Source: Reclinomonas americana ATCC 50394 (taxonomy: Eukaryota). From it: a stretch of DNA of 35,747 nucleotides. Position numbers and translations under genes: made by a program. Shown here one piece after another: positions 11,393-26,682 of the stretch. The DNA is taken from NCBI GenBank assembly GCA_048213135.1, contig PS015216.1, positions 1 to 35,747 of the forward strand. The letters run 5' to 3'. Every line of letters begins with the position of its first letter. Positions within the stretch are counted from its first letter, which is position 1. The notes beneath the pieces were generated by a model. It saw nothing but the letters and a program-made list of their open reading frames with translations, searched no databases and was not told where the DNA came from.

Positions 11393-14061
11393 CTATGTTT
11401 TCCCCAGCACGGAATCAGTCAACGGAGCATGCAAGGCACACAACGACACAACGATACCTGACTGGCGCAAGTTGGAGCGCAGATAGAGTCGCAACAGACC
11501 GGTGACCGATGGCGTCAGGCCGACACGCACCAAGTCGTTGAAGTACAACAGCAACTGGCGCACAGTGTACACGCCCTGCACATGCAAGTGTGTAAGTCAC
11601 CCCACCAGGAACACAGAGACTGGCCTGGTGAATCGAGGAAAAAACGCACATGCGTTCGCAGCACTCGAATAATATGTGCCTGTTCCGGTGGCGTCCACGG
11701 TGCCAGTGGTGCGGCCGCGCTGATCAGCGACTCGACGTGATCCGACTCCTCGACGAAACGCTGCGCATCGGCCAGATAAGAAAAAGGACACGTCTGTAAG
11801 TCGCCCTTTCTGACGCAGCACTCACCGCGCCCACACGCGCGTCTGGTCGGGACGACAGAATGGTCGAGTCGAACAGTCGGCGAGCCAGCATCTTCTCCTC
11901 CCATCTGCACTCACTATGAGCATCACACCCTCAACAACCCTCCCCCCACCCTTTTGTCCTCTCGCAACTCATTGACTTCGCTTCGTCTCTTGGCCTCGGC
12001 TATGCGCGGCGCTTGCGGCTGCTCGTCCAGCGAACCCGCCTCCGACGCGAATCGCGCATACGACTGCGACAAGAGGCGACTCGGGGGCAGCTGATTGTCC
12101 ATCAGCGCCCCCACACCGTCGTCGAGCATGGCCGCCAGCGCAATCTCGTGCGCCGGCGCCACACGACGACTCGGCGACATGGGTCGATCGAGTCGCACAC
12201 CGTAGCGCATCGGCGACAGAGCGCGCGCACTTGACTCACCAGCACCGGCACCCGGGCGCCAGCTCGGCGAGCCACGGCTGATGAGACGCGACGGATCCAC
12301 GACCAGTGGCGCAAACTCGGCCGGCAACGCAGAGCCGGGGTACGCCGACGATCTGGGCGACGAGAGGCTGGCGGCCGAGGTGCGCGCCGACAGCAGCGAC
12401 ATGTCGGAGATGTTTTCCAGCACATTTGCTTCCGAGATGCCGTCGCCGACGCGCCCGAGTCGTTGCAGAGCCGAATAGGTGCGCGAGAGGCCTGGTGAAC
12501 CGGACCGTGGTGGCGACGACGACGACATGCGTGTGGGGAGCGGGGGTGGCGGTGGAGGAGACGGGTACGATAGCGACTGCGGTCCCCACAACTCCTTCAC
12601 CAGGGTGGCGTACGGCCCGGCAGGTTCCACCGGCTCACTGTAGTGGTGGTGCTGGTGATGGCGCGGCGAATGCACCGGCGATCCGGGCTTGAAGCTGGGC
12701 GACGGCGGGATGAGGGAGGCGGCAGAGTTGCTGACGGGGCTCCAGAACCCGGACGGTGCCTGCACGCGATCCAGCAGCGGATTGGCGGCGAATGTGCTCG
12801 TCGATGTGTTGACCACCAACGACACTATGCCGCGCGACGAGAGATGAGATAACGACACACAAAGAAAAAAAGATAGAACGAGCGAACACACCTGGCACCT
12901 CGACCAAGAACGAATCGTGTCGCGGTTCGGCCTCGATGCCGAAACCGCCCCACATGATGATGCCGTCGTCGCACGATTCGTCGCGCTTCGGCAAGCGCAA
13001 CATGCGATGACAGCACAGAGTCGGCAGCAGTCCGTCGACCGGTACACGTCGCCACACCATGAGGCCGGGGTCCTCACGCTCCCCAAGCACCAACATGAAC
13101 ACGTCGTTGACGCGGTCCATCGAGTTGCGATCGCCGCCGTGCATCATCACCAGATTGTCACGCACGGGCGTCAGCAGGTGACCACACCGCGGACCGGGAT
13201 CATCGCCGCGAGGAAAGAGCTCCCGACACGTCATGCGATCCAGGTCGAACAGCCACATGTCGTTCAGCACGTCCACCCCATCCACACCACCGTGCACGAC
13301 CACCAGCCGCTCCGAGTGATCGGAACTGAAGGCCACGCCGGCCATCAAGCAGCGCGCACGCGGCGGATACGTGCCCGCATAGTGAAACTCGAGTCGTTTG
13401 CTCGTGCGCGCGTCCAAGTCGACGAGGAACGGATCGCTGAGCGGACCTGTGGTGTCGGACCCGCCAAAGATGAACATCTCGTGCGACGACACCATCACCG
13501 CGAGGTGATCGCGTCGCGGCAGTGGCAGGTCGCCCGATAGCCGCACGTCGTCCCATACCCACGTGTCTGCGCAGTGTGAGAAGGAAGAAGAAGAGGACAG
13601 GGGTGGAGAGAAGATCGCGTACCGAGATCGAGAGCGTGCACTCGTCCACTGGTCACATTGAGCGGACCACCTCCAAAGAGCACTAGCGAGTTGCGGTAGA
13701 GCACAGCCGAGTGACCAGAGCGTGGTGATGGGCGTGAGCGGCCTCCTCCACACAGCTTCTTGTTCCATCGCCACGATCCTGATCGACAGTCAGCTGCGTG
13801 CAAGAGAGTGCGTGTGTGAGAGAGGAGAGTGAAGTCACCTGGCTGGCACACCCACACATCGTCGAGGTGCTGAGGAGTCGGGGTGGGCCCGCCTGCGGTC
13901 CACAGATCGGGCTCGTTGGCCGAGGTCGAGTACCCGAATCCGCCGACCATGATCACACGTCCGTCGCTGTCGGAGCGACTGACCATGGCGTGCCCAAAGC
14001 GCGCTCCGGGAAAGTTCAGCGGCGACGTGTCGGCGTTGAAGAGAGGCGTCGCGCGCAGCAT
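11393..14061 (-). CDS. Kelch-repeat beta-propeller protein with Ser/Pro-rich linker and unidentified C-terminal region (multi-exon)
   Basis: Repeated kelch signatures PGARFGHAM...VGG, PSPRSGHSA...LFGG, PLPRRDHLA...IFGG, VHGG...LNDMW, PGPRCGH...MHGG, MWGG. The C-terminal exons (to TAG at 11393-11395) are joined by inferred splices and are less certain. Confidence 0.82.
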
Positions 14062-14168
14062 TTGATCAAAAAGCAATGAAAATATCGGACAAATGTGATG
14101 GAGTCGCTCGATACCAGCTTGCTTCATTTCCACAACTTCGTGACGGCTCGATAACAAAGAGAGCTTCG

Positions 14169-15726
14169 TCACTTGGTCGTAGTTGTCCTCTTTTTCTTCT
14201 TCTCAGTCACCAATTCCTCCCACCACGGCTCGTCGCTGTCGCCAACGGGCGCCGATAGCCAGACATGATGGGCGGGTACTGCCGCGGTGGGGCCGACCAG
14301 TCCCGTGCGCTGCAGCAGCTGGGCCAGCAGAGTGCGCGCCGTCAGACCGGACCACTCCACCGACATGACGCGTCGCATGTCGTCAAAGTGCTCCGCCGGC
14401 CACAACTGCGCACCGTGCTGCACGTACCAATACAGCAGCGGCGCGTCGACAATGAGCAACGAGTCGCGTGCCACAATCGTGCGGACGGTGCTCGTGTCGC
14501 CGCCGCGTGTCAGCAAGCCGTAGGGCGGGAGACGTGACTTGCGACACAGCAGGGTGTTTTCGTGGATGAACACAGCGGTGGCCGCCAGCCGCGGATCGTC
14601 GGGCAGCGGTGGTGTGACGTTCCACAGGACTTCGCGCGCCAGTGTGACCGCCGTGGCACCCTGGCGGAGCAGCGCGCCCATCTGCACCGTCAAGCGGTCG
14701 GGATCGTACACATCGTCGTCGTCCCACACGGCAATGTACTCTCCGCGGGCCATGCGCACACCCAAATTGCGCTGGTGGCCGACGGTCAGCACCTCGCCGC
14801 TCTTCTCTTGGGCCAGCACGAGCCGAAGACGCGCGTTGCCCGTCAGCTCCTGCACGCGCTGCAGAATGGCCAACGTGCGCTCATTCTTGGTGACAATGAC
14901 CAGCTCCCGATTGACATACGTCTGCTGCTCGAACAGGTAAATGGCGCGCAACGCCAGCGCCACTCGCCGATCGGTAATCATCAGACACGACACCAGCGGC
15001 AGCATCGGCGACGACGGCCGGTAGTACGGTGCCGGCAGATCTCGACCATCGCCCGGTAGCACACCGCTGTGCGACAGCACCCCCTCCGCACCCGACACCA
15101 CGCCAAACCACAGGTTCTTCAGTGCTGCGACGACTTGGTTTCAATAGAAGAGACAGGGCGACAGGAGCAACAACAAAACGACGGCGTACCAGTGCCTCCG
15201 CCGTCGATCCGCTGCACAGCAGGTCAATGAGTGCGCAGATCACCAACAACGACAACGAGTAAGGAAGGACTCACCCACTGCCGCATGACATCGTCCGCGC
15301 TCACTGCTGCATCCCCATCGTCCTCTGGCACACGCACCCACACGCCACTGCCTGGCCCACTCGCCGCATCGCCCCGACACTGCGTCGCCTCCAGTCGCCC
15401 CCCCGATCGCCGATGCACCGCCCACGCCCGCTGCAGACAATTGTTGGAGGCCGAACGCAACGCCATCTCATCACAAGAGCACCGTCGCAGCTGAGGCAAG
15501 CACGCATGAGTCAAGACGATGCAACAGCAAGAGAGAAGAAGAAACGCAACTTCTTCGCCGTAGACAAAGACAAACGGAGGTGGAGGATCGTGTGTCACTG
15601 AAGAAGCGAGTCAGTGCCGCACTCACTCACTCACACACACACACACAGACCTTCCATCGCCACTGCCACCACCACTGCCACCGTCAATAACACGACGAGG
15701 GCGATGGTGGCGCAAGGCGATCTCAT
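14169..15726 (-). CDS. GT2/GT-A fold glycosyltransferase paralog 3 (more divergent) with signal peptide; exons 15726-15651, 15597-15551, 15490-15275, 15211-15190, 15124-14169
   Basis: LPLVSCLMITDRR, TVGHQRNLGVRMARGEYIAVWDDDDVYDPDRL, LYWYVQHG; first exon MRSPCATIALVVLLTVAVVVAVA; same five-exon layout as paralogs 1 and 2. Confidence 0.87.
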
Positions 15727-15796
15727 GAGAGCACAAACAACGATCATGATCAGCTTGAATTTCCGTCTTCCTTCCCGCGCAAAAAACAACAACACA
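15727..15796. promoter_or_regulatory. Putative 70-bp bidirectional promoter region between divergent start codons
   Basis: Inferred from head-to-head ATGs at 15726 (-) and 15797 (+). No specific element is proven. Confidence 0.45.
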
Positions 15797-16092
15797 ATGG
15801 TGGAGAACGAGCGCGTATCGCGTGTGTGGCTCACGGCGGAGACTGTGACGACGGTGGTGCTGGCTGTCTCCACGCGCATTCTGCTCAAGACGGTGCTCTC
15901 GGGTGGAATGGTCAGTTGGACAACTTTTGGTGCAGAAGGATAGGAAGGCGATTAGGCGGCGCCTAAGTGCGCGCCTGTGATCGCCTTCTGCACACACTCA
16001 TTCACTCACTCGTTCGCACATACATCAGCCACATTGCCTTTCTGCAACTCGGTCGCACAATCATTTCTTCTGTTCACACTCACTCGCTCACT

Positions 16093-16145
<53 letters not shown>

Positions 16146-18886
16146 CGCTCTCTCACTCACTCATTCGCTCTCATCAGTCACCCTGTTACTCTCACTCCTG
16201 AATCATTCTCTCCTTCACTCTTCATCATCCTCCTTGTCATCAGTGACTCACTCACTCTCTCACGCACACTCACTCTCTCACTCATTCGCTCTCATCAGTC
16301 ACATCTTCGTCATTCTCGCACCTAAATCATGCTCGCCTTCACTCTTTCTCCTCTTCTCCCTCCATTCGCCTTCTCCCTCTGTTCCCCTCCTTCTCTCCCC
16401 TTCTCTCGCTCTCTCTCATCGCCAACGAGAACCAATTTGCGATCGCCCTTCGTTGTTGATATTGCAGCGTTTGCATGTCACGTTCCTGTTGCAATGGATG
16501 ACGGTGGCACTGGCGCCAGTGTTCTACGCGGTCGCGGTGTTGCGCAAGAGCAAGTCGGCATCGCCCGGGTGCGTTGTTCTTGTCTCCGAAACAGTACACA
16601 CTCGTGACTGAAAGTCGCACACTGGCGCAGCGATGCGAAGAAGGCAGCGGAGAAAGGTGGAGAGGGCGAGTCGCAGCAGAAGAAGAGTGGCGTCTCGTCG
16701 TGGCGGTTTGCCATTGTTGCCGCACTGGAGACAACAGCCTCGGTGCGTGCGTCTATCTGTCTATCTCTCGCATCTGCGAATCTTGTCTACTTTTTCCTCA
16801 CTGCCGCCGCTGCAGCTCATGTTTGTGTGCTCCTCGGCACACCTCTCCGGCCCGCTGGCCTCCCTGCTGCAGCAAGCCATTGTGCCCATCACGATGGCCC
16901 TGTCGTACATGATGCTGCGCGAAAAGTACACCAGCGCGCAGCTGACCGGCGCCTTTATCATCCTCGTCGGCATCGGCATTGTCATGGAGCCGCACGTCAG
17001 CGGGACGTCGCTCACCCTCTCCGTCCTTCCGTGGGCGCTGCTGTGTCTGGCCAGCACTGTGCCGATGGCGCTGGCCTCCATTGTGAAGCAAATGATTTTC
17101 GAGGACGAGGTTATTGGAGTGTTCTATTTTGTCGCGCCTCACCTGCATGCTCACCCGCTCGTTTCGCAGATGGACGTGTGGGAGTTGAATGCTCGCGTGT
17201 GCTCGTGGCAGGTGGTGCTCGGACTGCTGACGCTGCCGATCACGGCCTCGTTTGACGGTGTGGCACTGGCCGACATTCCGTCGGGACTGTTGCGTGTGGC
17301 TGCTGCTGCTAGCTTGTGTGTGTGCGTGGAGTAAGTGGTGCTGACGGATAGTTGTGAATCAGGTGGCATGGCTTCGAGTGCTACGCGTTTGGCGTCTCCG
17401 GCAGTGCCGAGGCTTCGGTGAGTGTGGTGGCGGCTGTTTTTGTGTACCTCGCTCCTAATTCTCATCGCTTGCCAGTGCGCTGGCGCCTTCTGGAGCGTCA
17501 ACATGTACCTGCTGGTACTCGTGCTGGTGAATGTGTCACTGACGGCCTTGCTTCGTGACGGAGGCGCCGGGTTGGCGGCCATTGTCAGCACACTCTCGTT
17601 CCCGCTCACCAACATTGCCTTCGCGTTGCCGTTTCGTTCACCCGACCACAGATCTCTCTTTCCCTATTGGCATCTCGCTCAACTATTCTGAGCAGTGCAA
17701 TCATGGGCGAGCATGCGCAGCGACTGAATGGATCCGACATTCTCGGCCTGTCCTTCATCCTGGCTGGCCTCGTGTACTACCGATTCCACAAGACGTTTTT
17801 CACGTCCACTCAATCGGTGAGCCGTTTGCGATCATCCATGATGTGCCGTGCAGCAGCTCACTTACTCTGCCGCAGATCGTGTCGCCGATACCAACATTGA
17901 AACGTGCAGCGTACTACGCGTACCCGACCGTGGAGTTGATGACGGTGATGCCGGAGGAGGACCTGGAGACGGTGGTTAATCTGGAGATCGGTCACAAGAA
18001 GCACGGCTTTATTCTGTACACCAGTTGAGGCTCGCGTTGATACCTGTATGTGCATTTTCATCCTTCTCTCAATCGTGTGGCAGGTTCGCCCACCGACGTC
18101 CGTGGTGTCTCATTCGACTGTGTGATGTTTGCGCACGGCTCGGTGCGGATGCGCTTCACGGATGAACGAAGTTGCGTGCACACTTTCTGCCTCTCGATCA
18201 GCTCTGGCGAGTTGCCTGGTGTCTGAGTTTGCTTGTTTGACGCAGCACGTCACAACCTCAACAAGCCGGCCATGGTACACCTGAACAATATTCTACCGCC
18301 GACCGGTGTCAATGTGGAGGCCTTCCGCGAGTACATTCGTGTGGAGCTCGAGAAGCAGGATGTAAGTCCAGAGCACTGTTTCCTTCCTCCCCCCGATGCT
18401 GATAGATTCGGTGCAGGCTGTGTTTGTGGACCTCACCGATGAGGGCGAGTTGATCTTTGGCGTGCCGGACTTTGACCACGGGTATGGCTTCTCGCCGACC
18501 GCAGACGCCAACGTGGAGGAGCTCGTGGTGCGTCTGTGTCCTGCAAACCTGCACTGCTGAGAGAATCACTGAACGCATTATTTTCTATGTAGCGCGCCGC
18601 GCTGGCAAAAGAGGAGGCTGCCACCGAGCACCACTATGAGAAGCCGTCTCCGGTTCCGTCAATCCAGCAGTTGCTGGCATCAGAGCCGGCTCCCGAGCCG
18701 GTCGAGCCGCCGCCGCAAGAGCCACCAGCAGCGGAGAAGGAAACGTCGACGGCCGCCGCATCAGCTGCGTCGTCCGACAAGGACGGTGGAGTAAGGTGAG
18801 TCGGGAGTAGTCCGTCATGCATTTATGCTTTTGCCTGACTTTTGGTGTATGCACGCAGGCGTCGGCGGCGACGAACGGGTGACTGA
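15797..18886 (+). CDS. CRT-like (chloroquine-resistance-transporter-like, DMT superfamily) membrane transporter with a C-terminal Nup98-like peptidase S59 domain. Exons: 15797-15910, 16468-16568, 16631-16742, 16816-17109, 17170-17288, 17363-17417, 17476-17630, 17696-17816, 17876-18023, 18084-18170, 18246-18361, 18417-18527, 18593-18795, 18859-18886
   Basis: CRT/CLT-like segments AHLSGPLASLLQQAIVPITMALSYMMLREKYTSAQLTGAFIILVGI, STVPMALASIVKQMIF, MDVWELNARVCSWQ, WHGFECY, STLSFPLTNIAFALPAIMG, with many hydrophobic helices; in-frame splicing continues into the S59-like domain. Confidence 0.8.
17876..18491 (+). other. Nup98/Nup145-like autoproteolytic (Nucleoporin2, peptidase S59) domain, four exons, HFS motif degenerate
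   Basis: Spliced peptide PTLKRAAYYAYPTVELMTVMPEEDLETVVNLEIGHKKHGFILYTSSPTDVRGVSFD...NLNKPAMVHLNNILP...EKQDAVFVDLTDEGELIFGVPDFDHGYGF follows the Nup98 domain pattern (GYYTxPS, FTIGRKGYGxIxF, DVxxLxLD, GLNxxAxVTL, KQGAxF, GxWxFxVxHFSxYG) over its full length. Recognised by eye. Confidence 0.75.
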
Positions 18887-19035
18887 GTGGACGTGCCGCC
18901 GTTGGTCTGTGAAACATGAATGCACATTGATGAATAGCAGATGATGACTGGGGTTTACTTGCGAGGGATTACTGTGAGGGTGTGTGTGTGGGGGGTACAA
19001 TTACAACATGCAGACACATTTGTTGCTGCAATAGT

Positions 19036-23970
<4,935 letters not shown>

Positions 23971-24054
23971 GGGAGTGAAAATGAGTGTGTGACGGACGGA
24001 GTAATATCATGTCCTACTCTCGATATCTTGAGTGATGGCGGTGAAGGTGTGGTG

Positions 24055-24416
<362 letters not shown>

Positions 24417-24444
24417 GTACGACGNNNNNNNNNNNNNNNNNNNN

Positions 24445-25009
24445 TCTGCAAGTGCGATGGCTCGAGGGACACACCAGGGAGGTGCGATGTGTCGCCGTCA
24501 CTCCCGACGGTCAGTACATTGTGAGTGGCGGCGATGACATGACTATTCTCGTGTGGCCTTTGGCAAGTGGACAATTAGTAAGAGAGTTGGCGGGGCACAC
24601 GGGGCTGGTGTGGTCCGTCGCCGTCGCTCCCGACGGTCTCCACATTGTGAGCGCAAGTGCGAGTCCGGACAAGACGGTGCGTGTGTGGTCGCTGGCTGGC
24701 GCAGAGGAGGTGCAACGGTTGAAGGGACACAGTCGGCCAGTGACAACTACCGCCGTCTCACCCGATGGTCAGCACATTGTTAGCGGCGGCGATGACAAGA
24801 GTGTGCGCGTGTGGTCCACGCCACGTGGCCTTGCTCGGCGGGAGCTCGACCTCGCCAGATTGGCCATGCAGGCCGTGCAGGAGGAGATGCAGGCATGCGC
24901 GGAGGTGGAAGTGGACTCGCGTTGCCTTGCCGAGATGGTGCTGCGCTGTTTCATTGTCGAGGATGCCGAGGTCGTGGTGTTTCGGCGGCCGTGGGAGGTG
25001 GAGATGTGA
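24445..25009 (+). CDS. WD40-repeat protein, 5'-partial (three visible repeats plus a helical C-terminal tail)
   Basis: Three GH...V..VAVsPDG..IVSg.dDkt+rVW repeats with no introns; the 5' end runs into an N gap; stop TGA at 25007-25009. Confidence 0.85.
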
Positions 25010-25118
25010 ATGTATCTGGAAAATGAGGCATGGTGAACAACACCATATTAATTAGCCAAGTGCAAGAAATTGCAATAGCTTGACAGCACAGTATGCAAAC
25101 AGTGCGAACACGTCGTTT

Positions 25119-25242
25119 CACTGCAACAACAATAACAACTTTAATCCAAACAGCGACACAGCTGCATATGATCACCATCTTGAGTGAGCACCAGAAACTC
25201 AGACATCACGAAAAATTGCTTGCTGTTGTTGTTGGATCAGTG
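25119..25242. mobile_element. 124-bp internally deleted (MITE-like) copy of the downstream CACTG element
   Basis: Left inverted repeat (25119-25202) and left subterminal sequence are joined at TTGCT (25220-25224) to the outermost 18 bp of the right end, followed by the same flank (aagttcctactatgggacac) as at 35726-35745. Confidence 0.8.
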
Positions 25243-25264
25243 AAGTTCCTACTATGGGACACAC

Positions 25265-26019
25265 NNNNNNNNNNNNNNNNNNNNNNNNNNNNNNNNNNNN
25301 NNNNNNNNNNNNNNNNNNNNNNNNNNNNNNNNNNNNNNNNNNNNNNNNNNNNNNNNNNNNNNNNNNNNNNNNNNNNNNNNNNNNNNNNNNNNNNNNNNNN
25401 NNNNNNNNNNNNNNNNNNNNNNNNNNNNNNNNNNNNNNNNNNNNNNNNNNNNNNNNNNNNNNNNNNNNNNNNNNNNNNNNNNNNNNNNNNNNNNNNNNNN
25501 NNNNNNNNNNNNNNNNNNNNNNNNNNNNNNNNNNNNNNNNNNNNNNNNNNNNNNNNNNNNNNNNNNNNNNNNNNNNNNNNNNNNNNNNNNNNNNNNNNNN
25601 NNNNNNNNNNNNNNNNNNNNNNNNNNNNNNNNNNNNNNNNNNNNNNNNNNNNNNNNNNNNNNNNNNNNNNNNNNNNNNNNNNNNNNNNNNNNNNNNNNNN
25701 NNNNNNNNNNNNNNNNNNNNNNNNNNNNNNNNNNNNNNNNNNNNNNNNNNNNNNNNNNNNNNNNNNNNNNNNNNNNNNNNNNNNNNNNNNNNNNNNNNNN
25801 NNNNNNNNNNNNNNNNNNNNNNNNNNNNNNNNNNNNNNNNNNNNNNNNNNNNNNNNNNNNNNNNNNNNNNNNNNNNNNNNNNNNNNNNNNNNNNNNNNNN
25901 NNNNNNNNNNNNNNNNNNNNNNNNNNNNNNNNNNNNNNNNNNNNNNNNNNNNNNNNNNNNNNNNNNNNNNNNNNNNNNNNNNNNNNNNNNNNNNNNNNNN
26001 NNNNNNNNNNNNNNNNNNN
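25265..26019. other. Assembly gap (other long gaps at 27921-28316 and 29322-30240; 20-N gaps at 10895, 21633, 23385 and 24425)
   Basis: Runs of N. Confidence 1.
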
Positions 26020-26177
26020 AGGTGGACTCGCGGTGCCTGGCCATGCAGGCCGTGCAGGAGGAGATGCAGGCATGCGCGGAGGTGGAAGTGGACTCGCGGT
26101 GCCTTGCCGAGCTGGTGCTGCGCTGTTTCATTGTTGAGGATGCCGAGGTCGTGGTGTTTCGGCGCAGATATGAATGA
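26020..26177 (+). CDS. Second copy of the WD40 gene C-terminal tail (fragment after an N gap)
   Basis: LAMQAVQEEMQACAEVEVDSRCLAELVLRCFIVEDAEVVVFRR is nearly identical to 24860-24987; the 3' flank is also duplicated. Confidence 0.75.
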
Positions 26178-26283
26178 ATTTGGAAAGTGAGGCATGGAGA
26201 GCAACTGTCGTACTGTTTGGCCAAGTGCAAGAAATTGCAATAGCTTGACAGCACAGAAAGCAATCAGTGCAAACATGGCGATT

Positions 26284-26362
26284 CACTGCAACAGCAACAA
26301 CAACTTTAATCCATACAGCAACACAGCTGCATGGTGATAACCATCTTGCACCAGAAACTCAG
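26284..26362 (+). repeat. Left terminal inverted repeat
   Basis: cactg...taatccatacagcaacacagctgcat...ccatcttg...caccagaaactcag. Confidence 0.85.
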
Positions 26363-26682
26363 ACATCACGAAAAATTGCTTGCTTCACGGATCCGGACCC
26401 AGCTTAAGCTTTGCTTTGTTTGCCTGGCACGCCCAAACGCGTCCAAGTGTGCACACCGTCTGTGAAACTCGGAGGAGTTGGTAAACGTTTCACAACAATT
26501 CTCGCTGTCGTGAAAATGTTGGCCGCAGTCGGCTCGGTACGCGGTCGCACAACGTTGCACTGCAAACCCGCACCGACTGTCAGTCGACTGTCAGTGTCGC
26601 GAAATCGTCGACCGATGTGCCTTCTGTATGCTCACACAGTCCACAGTCGACGTAATTCGTTCACTTTTTGCCCCTCGCTGAC

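Noticed and set aside
18024-18028. TGA at 18026-18028 as the end of the transporter gene
   Set aside because: It lies inside an intron (18024-18083); splicing restores a continuous Nup98-like domain through three more exons.
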